Assembly: GCA_030770535.1 (NCBI GenBank)
Contig: JASVEC010000015.1
Span: 930,001 to 994,000, forward strand
Direction of reading: 5' to 3'
Length of the DNA: 64,000 bases
DNA from: Batkoa obscura
Lineage: Eukaryota
In this document: piece by piece, positions 46,301-59,392 of the stretch
How positions within the stretch are numbered: position 1 is the stretch's first letter
How the letters are laid out: every line of letters begins with the position of its first letter
The notes under the pieces: model-generated
What the model was told of the DNA's origin: nothing
The model's input: only the letters and a program-made list of their open reading frames with translations
Database searches by the model: none
Program-made: the position numbers and the translations under genes

Positions 46301-49300
46301 TGTAATTTTTTATCTGGTGATAATAAAATTGCTTCTAACCAGCCAAATAAATTGGCTAAATTAAACGTATTTTTAGGTAAACTATTTCGAGTTGTACAAG
46401 AACTGATATTATTCTCAGACAATATTAAACTTGGATTACTAATAATACTTCCTTTACACAAAATAGCCATTAGATTCAATGCTGATATTTCTAAACTTTT
46501 TCTTAAATCTTCCATGGCCACTGTTTTAGCACCTCTTTGTATGACATCCGAATATTGTTCTAATACAGATTGCATCATTAATACTTCCCTTTCTCTAGTA
46601 GAATTACGAAATTGACCATGGCCACACCATTTTTCAGCTAATTGAAAAATATTCAATCTAGTTTCAAAACTCATTGAATAGTTACTATCCTTAATTAAAC
46701 TTAATTTAGTATATAGTTTTCTTCCTAATTCACAGAAATAAATTCTTAATTCTTGATGTTTCCAATCTAATTGAACTTCGGGTTGAGATAAATATTGAAA
46801 TACATCTTTTAAAAATTCTAAAATTTTATTAGCTAATTCATAATCTTGTAAATATTCTTCATCCTGTAATATATCAGCTGTAATAGCCAAACATTGAGTT
46901 AAACCTTCTCGAAACATATCTTGTTTTTTAATACTTTTAAAATCTTTAGCTAACATTCGTGCTTTAGTATCTTCTTGAACTAATCTCATAAATGGCTGTA
47001 AATCTTCAATAAATAATCGATAAATATTGTGATTGATATGACATAATGAGGTGACAATCATAGAACGTATCTTTTTATTTTCACATGATAGTAATACTAA
47101 TACTAATCGAAATAAATCTTTAGCTGAATTGATTCCTTCTGTTGATTTACTTTCTTTTTTACGATAAGATGGCTCAGGTTTTGAATCTAAAGATAAAGTA
47201 ATTGTTGAACAAATAAAAGATAAATATTGACCATAATGGGCTAATAATAAATCATCTGAAGTAGTAATAGTAGTAAATAATTCCATATCAATTATATCCA
47301 ATGAAGTAGAAGATTCATTACTTGTATTTCTTTCAGATAATTGACTTATAAATGGATGTAAATATTTTAATTTATAAGAGACCATATGACGACATAATAC
47401 AATTGAAACAGGCGAAATATCTAATAATAATTTACTTAATTTAGGTAATACAAAATTCCATAAAATTTGATGTTCTTTTTCTTCTCCTGTTGCTGCTTGA
47501 TATAATGTTTCAATACTTAAACTTTTAACTTTATTTAAAAACTTATTAGTAAATTTTTTTGATGTTAATGCTTCTGTAATCACTTTATCTGCTCTTGAAG
47601 ACATTAAAAAATTATAAATTAATTTATGATCTAATTCTAAATGTTCATTTCGTGGTTCTATTGTATTTTGAGTAAATTTTGAAAATTCTTTTTCAATTTT
47701 AGATATTAATTGTAATATTTCAAATGATCCTTTTCGACAAGATACAATTGGACTACATAAAAACAAAATACCTAAAGCTTCAATTTCTTCAATTAAATTC
47801 CAAACAGAAGAATTGTCCATTTCAATCTTATTATTATTTTGATTATTATTTTGATTATTATTTTGATTGTTTAAATATTCTAACCAACAATTTAACAACT
47901 TAACGAATATATTTAATAAATTAGGTCCATCTTGTTTCTCTTTTTTAGTATTATTATTATTATTAGTATAAATGGGAGCAATTAGTTCCGTAAATTGAAC
48001 ATGAATATTCTTTAAACTTCTAGAAAAACATCTTAATACTAATAAATAAGAATTTTGTAATTGACATAATCTTTTTAATGCTAGTCCAGCAGAGCTTGAG
48101 ATTTGTGGATCAATATGATATAATAATTTAATTATCCAGTCAATTACTTTAGTTATTGTATAATTAGATGGTATTAATAATGGAATAGAATCTAACCAAG
48201 CTGTTATTAAATCAAAATAACTTTGTTTATCTTTACTATATATAATATACATTGTACTCAATTCATTATAAGGGTGTTTTACCATATCATTTAGTGTTTC
48301 TTTTGATGTTGATAAAAAGCTATTGTTAATATTACTAATATTATTATTAATATTATTACTACTATTATTATTGTTACTATTATTACTATTACTACTATTA
48401 TTAATATTATTATTTATATTTATGTTATTATTGTCTATTAAATTTGGTGAATTTAAGTGTAATTTCAATTTATTTGATAAATATTTTTCTTCAGTTAATA
48501 ACATACTACCATAACTAATTTCCAATGCTGGTAATATTAATTGTAATTTATCTTCAAACAATTGTAATAAATTTAATATTTTAGTATTAAATTGAAAGTT
48601 AATATTGTAGTTATTACTCAATTTTGGTTTTTCATCTTCAATAATAATTTTAGTTGGATTATTAAAATTGAAGTCAATATTTTGAGGAAATGTTGGTACT
48701 TTAATTGAATTAATATGATCATCTACCAACAATAACAAAGCTCTCAAACAAAGTGTAAATCTATCTGGTAATAATGTATCCATAAAATTGATCATTAAAT
48801 GTTGATTATGATCTAATTGTAATAATAAATTATACCAATTTGTTAAAAAGTAATCCAAATCATATGAAGCTATATAATAAATTATATAATAATAATGTAA
48901 TGTTGTTGGTCCTTCATAAATTATTAATTGTCTTTTTGGGTTAACTGAAAATAATTGTCGAAAGATATTGTCTAATCTTTTTTGTGTGATTGTTGAATTT
49001 TCTACATATCGAAACAAATAAACCCACAGTATTCGACTTAAACATGCTAATCCATTTCGTGCATAATTCTTTTCCTAATAGTAATAGTGATAATAATAAT
49101 AGTTATTATTATTATTAATTTAATATTATTATTATATAACTATGATATTTTATTTTTACCTTAACTTTTTGACAACATAAATCAAAAAAAGAAATCCACT
49201 TATTTAAAAATAATTCTTTTTGAGATAAACCGATAACAGATGTCATCAAAGGTAATGAAATCTAAAAATTACAATTAAATATTATAACTCAACTTTAAAG

Positions 49301-50736
49301 AAATCTAAAGCTCACATCATAATTTCTAGTTTTTAACAACAATTTGGATGCTTTAGTATCTAATACTTCTACTGCTTTAACTAATATAGGAAAATTAACT
49401 TCTGCATCTACTAACTATTTAAATTAATGAATTAATAAATCAATTCAATCTAACTTTCTCTTTTTCTTAACTTACTTGAACAATGGGTAATAACATTTCT
49501 ACAAAAGCTTCAGCATAAGCTGATTTCAATCTAGTGTGAGAAGTTTTTCTAAAAAAAGTAGCAATCGATAATAAAAATTCACTCGTTTCTTCTAAGGCAT
49601 CATCCGGATAGATTTTTAATTTTAAATATTTCATAGTATAAATAGTCAATGTTAAATTATCTTCATCTAATATTGTGTCGCCTTGAGTTTCTGGTATTTG
49701 TTCTAATAATGCAATAAAACGATCACTTAAGGTGGAGAATCTAATTGAGGAAGACTTAATTAAGTAATAAATATGTTTATATATGTTACCTTAAACTGGA
49801 TAAAACTTTAATAAATTGACCTAATAATTTATATAATACTTGATGATTATTGGATTCCGCTATCATTTGACTAGAAACATATTTTATATTTAAAAAAAAG
49901 TTAAATAGACTAAATTAATCAGAACTTACGGCGTAAACGTTTTTAAAATAGAAAAAGCTAATTCTTCCAATGCATTACCCGCTTTATCTAAGCTACGTGT
50001 TTGCTTGATTTGTTTTAACATTTCAGTAAGACTCGTAGACTTAAATATTTCACTGTAAGCTATAATAAAATAAATTCAATATTAATTCCATTTACAAAAT
50101 TTTTTTAATTTACGTTGATCCTATCCATTAGTAAAGCTTGGGATCTAGATTGTCTACGAAGCTCTTTACTTTGAAAGAAATTATTAATAACCGGATAAAT
50201 ATAAAATGGTGATAATAAACTTACATTGACATTGCAGAACATTTAATATTTTGCCAAGTTAATATAGAATCCGTTAATAAACTTGGATTTTGTCTACTTA
50301 CAGAACCTAAAGAATATAAAATACTATCTAAGTTTTCATCTTTCCCTTTTCCGACTAAATCAGAGATACGAAAGCCTAGTTTCTAAATGGATGAAATTAA
50401 ATTAGTAAAAATCAATTATGTATTTAACTTTATCTTATTTTTTAGTATTCAAAATAAACTTACCAAGTCATGTGCCATAGCTAAATCAATTTTCTCTTCC
50501 GCTAACTTTGTAAATGAAGTAAATAAATTAAATGTAACAATTTCAGTAGAGTGAGTTAAATTGGCTTGTAATTCTAACTTTTTATCTTTGAGATGAAGTA
50601 ATGGATCTTTATTTAACTCATTCAAAGAGGATGTACTTGTTAAATGAGTATCTATTTTATTATCATCTATTTGGGTTGGGATCCATATTGAATTGGAATC
50701 CGCTTGTATTGAGTTTTCAATATCGTCAAGGTTCAT
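43321..50736 (-). CDS. TAO3: Cell-morphogenesis scaffold Tao3/Mor2/Furry (multi-exon, apparent 1-nt deletion at about 50031)
   Basis: F..LAEEKI, MKYLKLKIYPDDALEETSEFL, LKSAYAEAFVEMLLPI, WCGHG, WATSCPIRSVAKASFKIYR, ILSRLSGTISD; more than 2000 aa of HEAT-like sequence. Confidence 0.95.
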
Positions 50737-50866
50737 GCTTTTTTTTAGATTAGTGAAGTAAAAGTTTTGGTTTTTTTAAAAATGAAATGAAATTCAAACT
50801 CAAATAATTTATTGATTTTTTATCTATTAAAATATTTTGTTCTTTTCAAAAAATTATTAGAAAATT

Positions 50867-52416
50867 ATGTTGTAATATTAATAAATTAAATAGATTAAAT
50901 AAAACCCATTATTAACCCACATTTATTATCTGTAGTAAACCAAAAACGGAGCCTATAAAGAAAGAGATAATCGAACCGAATATTGATCTAACGCAGATAG
51001 ATGATAACTCAATATCTATAAAACAAGAGTTTGCAACCAAAAAAATCATAGCTAAATTACATGATGAGTTTGAATATATTGGTAACAATACAGAAGAAGT
51101 CCAATTGGAAGTTGAAGATATATTTAAAAAAGAAAATGAACATCGGTATATGAAAGCAAATATAACAGATTGGACTTTAAATTTAGAAGATAGAATCTAT
51201 GACTTAGGAGAGAAAATTATATTCGAACTAAAAAATGAGAATTCTGAAAAAGAAATCACATTCTCAGATCCAAGCTCGACTAGTCAGCAAGATATCTATT
51301 GTATTGGACGAATCTCTTATGATCAAACAGAAGATAGTCAAATAACTAAATTAGATAAAGATAACATTTATTTTGAAGCTTTGGTTAATAATAATAATTT
51401 TACCAAAGTATTATTGAATATTCAACAATTAAATCAATTTTCTTTTTTTCCTGGACAAATAATAGCTTTAAAAGGTAAAAATCCCTCGGGTAAAGAATTT
51501 ATCATTAATCAAGTAATACAACCACCAAATTTACCTAAAGATGAAATACAAAACAGTAAAGGTTCAACTACAGTGGTTGCTGCAGGTCCATTTACTTTGG
51601 ACAACAATTTAAAATTTGATCCTTTAAAAGATTTATTAAATTATATATCAAGTAATATTATCAATTGCCAAATATTAGTCTTGATTGGACCTTTTCTAGC
51701 GGATGATCATCCTAAAGTGATATCTAACCGATATCCAGGTTCAATACCTACCTTTACTACACAAATTAGCAATTTACTATCCCAATTTGTCCAATCAAAA
51801 TCTAATCCTAAAGTCATATTAATACCATCTACAAAAGATGTATTTCATCCATATACTATTTTCCCTCAACCAGGATTTAAAAAAGGAGTCAAATTACAAC
51901 TATTACATCCTAATATTTATACTGCTTCTAATCCAGCTTTTTTTAAACTTAATCAAGCTTCATTTTTAGCCCAATCAATTGATGTACTGTTAGCTATATC
52001 AATGACCGAATGTTCAGTGGGGCAAAAAAAGCCGCGTATGAGTTTGTTATCGGAACATTATTAAATCAATATCATTCTTTACCCATTTATCCTTATCCAG
52101 AAGAATTCGATGTGGATTTATCCAATCTTAACTCTATTACTTTAGATAGGAAACCGAATTTTTTATTACTTCCATCTAAGTTACATCCTTTTTGTAAGGT
52201 AAGCCTTAGTATTTATTTTTATATTATTTATTAACTCCAATGTAGATAATTTCAGACAAAGATACAATTGTTGTTAATCCTGGCACTTTATGCTCTGGAC
52301 AAAGTATGGGTACATTTGCTGTAATAAAAATTAATCCAGAAGATTTAGAAGGTATTGAAGAAGACCCAAGTCAAGAATTTTCAAATAGAACACAAGTTGA
52401 AATTATCAAATTATAA
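50867..52416 (+). CDS. POL12: DNA polymerase alpha/primase subunit B (2 introns, apparent 1-nt deletion at about 52059)
   Basis: CIGRI, FSFFPGQIIALKGKNPSG, VAAGPFTLDNNL.F.PL, LVLIGPF, ILIPSTKD, FPQP, LLNQ..LPIYP, LLLPSKL, VVNPG.L. Confidence 0.95.
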
Positions 52417-52485
52417 TTAAAAACAGTAATAAAAAAAATTATAAATTACAAACCCTAAAAAAATCTTGAATTTTATTTATTTAAT

Positions 52486-53932
52486 TTATTGCTTTTGTAA
52501 ATCGGCCGTTTTATAAATTTCCCCAATAATATTAAGTGCCATAGCTCTTAATCTTATTTCTTCTTTATTTTTTGGATCTTCACTCAATATTTTATCACAA
52601 ACTCGACGAATAACTCCTTGTACTTCAATACGAGAACCCATCCAAATAAGATCCAAGCCTTTTTGAGCAAATTCTTCTTCTAATTGTGATTTTTTAGCCA
52701 TATCAATACCCTCTTTATCCGCATTCATCAATAAATCACCAGTCCTTTGTAATTGTGCAGTGGATTTAATAGCGGATACAGTATCATTAAAAGTATTAAA
52801 TGCATCACCAAAATAATGACCAGTTTCTTTAAAATAACTAAATAACTTTGGAGTCTTCAGGGATTCAAGGTATCTTGTCGCTTTTTGTGAATAAATGGTA
52901 CCAACTGCTTTTAGTATTTCAGTACCAAAAGAAGCTACTTTTAAATCTTCCACTTCCAACTCGATTTGTTTACGAAATTCCATATCTCTTGTTTTAACAT
53001 CTCCTTCGATATAATTCCTTATCTTAGCCAATAATGTACCTGTTAGATATTCTATCCTTTCAACCATAGCTTCTTCTCTTGCTGAAGATTCTTCTTCATC
53101 TTTTTTCTTCTGTTCTTCTTTTGTTAACTTCTTTTCTTCAACGGTACCCTCCTCTTCTGGATTATTCATCATCTTTTTAAAGTCTTTGGCTAAATAAATT
53201 TCTCCAATAATATCGTAAAATGCTTCACCCCCAAAACTTTGTTTAAAGAACTCATCAGGATCCACTAAATAAAATATAAATAAAAAACTTTTAAAGATAG
53301 CCGTTTCTACTTACTAAATCCGCCTTCTGGTGTTACATTCTTATCTGGTCCAAACTCATTATATTTTTGACGTAATTTAGGGTCGGATAATGTTTGGTAA
53401 GCATCCGATATTTTTTTAAACTAAAAGAAATAAAAAATAAAATAAAAGCATTAATTTATATTCGATGAACAACGATAAGCCTACCATCTCTTCAGCCCCT
53501 TCTTCTTGATTTTTGTCCGGATGATATTTCATAGCTAAGACATAATAAGCTTTCTTTATCTCACCTCCACTTGCAGTAGCTGATACTCCTAAGATTTCAT
53601 AATATTCCATAGAAACTGGATTTTTATCTAAAAGTTTATCTATCAATACCAAATTAAAATCCCAACATCATAACCTTACCCGTTCCTCTACCCATCCTGG
53701 GTGAAGTTGTACCACTCTTACTTTTACTACTTTCTTTATTTTCTTTATTTTCTTTATTAAACCCTAATAAACCCGAGGTTGGTACTTCAAATACAGCATG
53801 ACAAGCATAACAGCCAATATTAAGAAATTGAGTCAATTCAGTAGGTGGTGAAAACTCTACTGCTAAATTACATGAGTTACATACCACAGTACAATATAAT
53901 GGTTTTCGGGACCAGATAACCGATTTGGCCAT
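52486..53932 (-). CDS. J-domain protein with DnaJ-X domain (Djp1/Caj1-like) and an N-terminal C4 zinc ribbon
   Basis: YYEILGV...[69 protein letters not shown]...CYAC at the N-terminus. Confidence 0.9.
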
Positions 53933-55456
53933 TTTATTTTAATTTTTAAAAAATAAGAAATTAAATTATTGAATTTTGTTGAAGACTTGGTTGGTGATGG
54001 TGAATTCATGTTTGAAAATTAAAATCAAGGGTTTTATTGGTGGGTCAAATTGATGGTCGGAAAGCTTGGAAACTGAAATTATGTGGTAATCAGTGAATTA
54101 AAAAAATTAGTTGTTAGATTTGAATAGAAAATGTTTAAGGCTGAACAGGTTATTGTATAGGAATGGAGAATGGGCTAAATGTTTAGTTAGAGTATTAATA
54201 GCCACATGTAATTAAGTTTTCAAAGCTTCACCTTGCATTAAGACCATCAAAATGTAAAAGCATTAATACTCGTTTATGCCAATCTATTCTTTGTTAAATA
54301 ATTAGAATAAAACTTGAAATTTATTTTAAGTTAAAATATATTTTTTGAGTTATATTTTAATATTTGAAATTCATTTCAGAATTGTTTATAAACTCAAAAA
54401 TAATATTAAATTGATGTTTTTTTCTAATATTATTACACAATAACATTAGAATAAAACATATTTTTGGTAATGATAAAGTTGTTGATTGAGTGGAGTTTAT
54501 ATGCTATCAAAATAAAATTAAAAGTAAAGTAAAGAATAGATGATATTAGTTTTAAACTTACAATTTAAAATTGACAGTTCAATTTTTCTAATGATCTTTA
54601 TCCTTGTGTGTTATTTAAATTAGGCGGTACTTTCAATATCAAAAACTTGTTTATTTTATTTATTTTTAAAAAGAGTATAATCTTTTTTACTAATATGTAA
54701 GTTATTCATTTTAGAATAAAATATAAATTCAAAGGCTTTCTAAATAAAATTTATTATTAAATAAGTAAAAAGAGTGATTAAATATTATATAAAGTGTACA
54801 AAACAAGCTACAGGATATACAATCTGTTACATTAAATTTAATTTAAACACTTTTAAATAAGGTGAAACTTGTTTATTTAGTTTGTAAATAATGGAAGGTG
54901 GAGTTTGAATAAAATTTTAAAATTTATTAATAGTAACAAACTATTTATAGAATGTGAATCAATAGATTAGAATATTCAGAACCCAAAGAATAATATTAGA
55001 AAAAGTAAACTAATTAATTAAATATTTATAATTAGCATTCAAACAATTTGAAATATTTATAATTGTTAAAATTTAATATAAACATAAATCTTTAATATTT
55101 AATATAGTACATGTTGCTGAATTTAATATTCAAAAAGCTGGAGATTTATCTAGATTTCGATCCAGTCTACAGCTCATTATTTCATTGGGGAAGAAAAGAT
55201 AGTTAATTTATTACAACAAAGAAATGGACTCTCATTGGTTCCAAAAAACGTTAAAATCACTTATATGGAAATTATTTAAAGTATGTTCCAATCAAACAAA
55301 TATAAACGAAGGCTAATTTTTTCCAAAAAGCTACTAAAAATAGGGGCTACAATAATTTTAAATGTCTTTTATTACTATTTTGAATGAAAATTAATAGAAA
55401 CCCATTTTAATTAATTATCTCACTTATTCTATCTCTACTACCTACTCCAATTTATA

Positions 55457-57946
55457 ATGGATAAACTAAATAAACCAAACCAAGATAAACATTTGACTTT
55501 TTTATCCATATCAAACTCAGAACCTACCTATTTATTTACAACGGAACAGTATAAAGCTTCTCCATCCACTTTAGATAATCGTAGTTTATCAAGTGATGAT
55601 AGTAAAATTATGCCAATAAGAAGTGTACCATCATCATCTAGTTTGGCTTCTACATTATCTGCATCAAGGTATTCAATGAATAATAAAAGTCTTAATAAAC
55701 GACATTCTATGTATCATTTTAAAGCTGCACCCGAAGAAAAGTTTCAAGGCATAATTAAAGATATCGAAAAATTAAGGCTGGATTTACCAAGGTTAAGTTT
55801 TGAAACAGATAGTGATAGTGATGTTCAATCTTTGCAAGATCAATCATTCACAGTAGATGACCTTACAGATGTAAGTTCAGTAGCAACTAGTGAAATTAGA
55901 AGGTCAACAGACTCTTTGACACCTTCGGAACATGAAATGTTAAAGAATGAAGTTAAAGCAGAGGCTAACTGCCAAAAAGCAATGAACAATGAAAAATCAT
56001 CAAGTTCTAGTAGCCTTAAGGGTAAATCAAGCCCACTTGTTACTTCTCCTCCTATAACAGCGTTACAACTTAATGGTCCACCTAATGTCAAACCTATTCC
56101 ACCTAACGAAATGCAGGATCCTAAAGAATACTTACATTATTTGGAAAATACATTTAATAGAAATCAACTTGGTTCTTTATTATCTAAAAAGTAAGTGGAA
56201 ATAAGAAAAATTAAGAGATCTATATTAATATTTTAATCAAATTTAGAGATGAATTTCATAGTAAAGTACTGGATACTTTTATGGAAGATTTAGATTTTAA
56301 AGATCAATCAATTGATATGGCCTTAAGGTAACTATAGATTATTTAAACTAACTATAGTTTATACTAATATATTGATTAGGAATTTATTAAGTATATTACA
56401 TTTACCTAAAGAAGCACAACAAATCGATCGAATTATTTCTGTATTTTCTAAAAGATATTATGAAGTCAATAAGGAATTATTTGCTTCTCCAGGTAATTTT
56501 GTTTTTGTTACTGGTCTATCTAATTTTACTTATTATTTTATAGATCTTGTATATACCTTATCATTCTCATTGCTATTGTTACATACCGATGCACATAATA
56601 AATTAGTGAAGCATAAAATGAGTAAAGAGGAGTACATTAAACAAACTAGACAATTAGATAATGGAAGTACTGTTCCTAGAGAAGTGTTGGAAGTAAAAAA
56701 ATTTTATAATATTTTTTTTATAAATTTATTTATCAATTAGATTCTTTATGATAATGTAACAAATGTCGAATTTTTTATTGATGATGATGATACTAGATCT
56801 GTTCGTTCGCTAAATATTTCTGGTAAAAGTGGGAAGCGTTCTTGGTTAAAGAAGATTCATGATTCAAATAAATTAAATTGGTCAAAAGGTTCTCAAGTAA
56901 TTGTCAATCAGGTAAGTATATTTTTAATAGCAATAAGAATAATTTAAATTAAATTAAATTAAAATTAGGTGCATGCAGCTGTAAAAGTAGCAAGCATATT
57001 GGGATCCATAGTGCCAGAAAGGTCACCATACACTTATCGTAGTTCCCAAAATGTATTTAGTGATGCTTTAATAAAAAATCCATTCAAAATTAAAGTTCGA
57101 GGTATTCAACCGCATTTCCAACATAAAGTAAAAGCAAGGCCAGTCTCCGGATTCTCAATACAATATTTGGATGAAAGTGCAGATATCTCCGAATTACAAT
57201 GTCTTAAAGAAGGTTTGTTATTACGTAAATCAGATTTAAATGAAGCTGGTCATAAAACTCATTTAAGATCATGGCGTGAATTTTGGGTGGTATTAGCTGG
57301 ATCTCAATTGGTACTATTTAAAGAAGTATCCACTATGCGTACACGTAGTGAACATTTAGATTCTACTTCACCTGCACCTCAACCTTATTCTATTACTTCT
57401 GTGGCTAACTCGATTGTTGTTTTGGATAGGGAATATACCAAACATCCTCATGTGTTCCGATTCGTTACAAGCGATGGAAGACAATACCTTTTTAGATGTG
57501 AATCGAAAGGTGATATGACTGAATGGATGACTAAAATTAATTTTACCGCTGCCTTTAAATCAGCCAATGTACTTCCACGTGGAGTATCAAGCAAAGCATT
57601 CAACATGTGGAAAAAATCCTTACCACAATTAGATTCATTTGACTTTGAAGATAACAATGATGAAGAGTTAAGAAGCAAAGTGATAAAAGAAAATGTAAGC
57701 TTACTTGATAAACAGATTCAAAATATCCAAGAGCGAATTGATGGGGATCTTTTATTATTGAAACAAATGGGAATTATGGTAGCCTTTACTAAATCTACTA
57801 AAGAAAGAGCTAAGGGAGCAGGCCATAATATTCAATTTCGACTTAAGTCTTATTATTTGGAACTTCAAAAAGCACAATGTTATAAAGAAATATTGGAAAG
57901 AGATTTATCACTTTCACCCTCTAATACCATGATTGATCGTGAATAA
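55457..57946 (+). CDS. Sec7 + PH domain Arf-GEF (Syt1-like), multi-exon
   Basis: [25 protein letters not shown] (catalytic Glu), [22 protein letters not shown], and PH domain KEGLLLRK...[10 protein letters not shown]...[15 protein letters not shown]. Confidence 0.92.
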
Positions 57947-58147
57947 TAATCCGCTAATTTTACTTCTTTTAGTAGCTTTATAGCTTCATTCTATACTGTA
58001 ATTTATCTATAATCCACTTTTTTTATTAAATTAATTTTTCAATCAGTTATTTTTCTTTATTACTTTCACTATTATCATATAAAACAAAACAAAATAAAAT
58101 TTAATAAGGTTATAAAAGCTTTTAACAATAACAATAATTTTTTTATT

Positions 58148-59018
58148 TTATTCTGAACGTTCTTCTCCCATTTCACTATGTTCAACCTTCTTAAATCTAT
58201 TTTTGGCCTTTTCTTGAAACTCTTTGTTCATTTCAGTATATTGAAGACGGAATACGGTAGCTGAGGAATGGGTATGGAAACCAAAAATTTTAGGTTGATA
58301 TTGCTCAAAAGGCGATTTACGGGGTATAAAAGTAGGGTAAGATAAAAAGAAAAAGGGAGCGAAAGTGGTACCAAAGATAGCTCCATCTAGACTAGCATGT
58401 CTTGTTGACTTTGGCAAATATATATCTTCACATTTTGGACAATATAAACGTGCCCTAGATTCTCCAAAAGTATCACTTTGACCCATTGGTAAAACAAAAG
58501 TACCTCGACAAAGTACTCGTGGGCATCTTCCAAACTCACCACTACGGTATTTATCAGACTGAAGTTTATTAATTTCTTTGAATTTATTAGCATTATTATA
58601 GCTTACCATTTTCATTAAACCTCTAGCAGTTATTATGTATCTAGCATGAATTAAACCATATAGTTTAGCAGCTGCTTCTCCAACTGCTTCTCTAATTGAT
58701 TCCGAAACTGGTTCTATATAGAAATAAATATAAATATAAGCATTATAATTAAAAATAAGCATAAAAATTATACCAAATCTATCTGTAATAAGGTCTACAG
58801 CATGGGAAAAATAAGGAACAAGAGAAGACAAGCCAGTCAAATTAAATCTATCTAAGATAAAGTCTTCGTCTACTTCACATAAATAGTCGTTTCCTTTATT
58901 TTGAAGAAACCATTCTATCCAATACATGTTCATGTCTTCATCCGAGTTGTAGTCATTCACTGAGCAAAAAAATTAGATAAATCAATAGGACAATAGATCT
59001 AGGTATCAATGAATTACT
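58148..59018 (-). CDS. Casein kinase 2 regulatory beta subunit, 3 introns
   Basis: WIEWF...GNDYLCEVDEDFILDRFNLTGL, LYGLIHARYIIT, FGRCPRVLC, LYCPKCEDIY, LDGAIFGTTF, PKIFGF. Confidence 0.97.
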
Positions 59019-59197
59019 CTTGAATTATAATTAAATTATAAAAGTTCAATAGAATTTAAAATGAATAAAATTGTACTTCAAAATTTTTTAGTGAATTTAT
59101 TTTTTTCTGCTTCATTCTGAGGCCAAACTCTACAAATAGTTAAATTAAAATTACAAAATAAAAGTTATTATATATTATTTTAAATTAATAATAATAA

Positions 59198-59279
59198 GGC
59201 ACCTTGGCGGAGTGGTTAACGCGGAGCCCTGCTAAGGCTTTTCCCTTTGGGAGCGCAGGTTCGAATCCTGTGGGTGTCG
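59198..59279 (+). tRNA. tRNA-Ser(GCT)
   Basis: Acceptor GGCACCT/GGGTGTC, discriminator G, anticodon loop CTGCTAA, long variable arm, GGTTCGAATCC. Confidence 0.96.
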
Positions 59280-59285
59280 TATAGT

Positions 59286-59293
59286 TTTTTTTT
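59286..59293 (+). terminator. Pol III oligo-T terminator of tRNA-Ser
   Basis: T8 run 6 nt after the tRNA 3' end. Confidence 0.8.
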
Positions 59294-59392
59294 AGCTACA
59301 AATAATCAGTTGAAATAGGTTTTGTATTTTTATTTATCGAAAGTTATAGAACAGGAATTATTATATGAAGACGTAGTAGTCTAATAGTTTTA

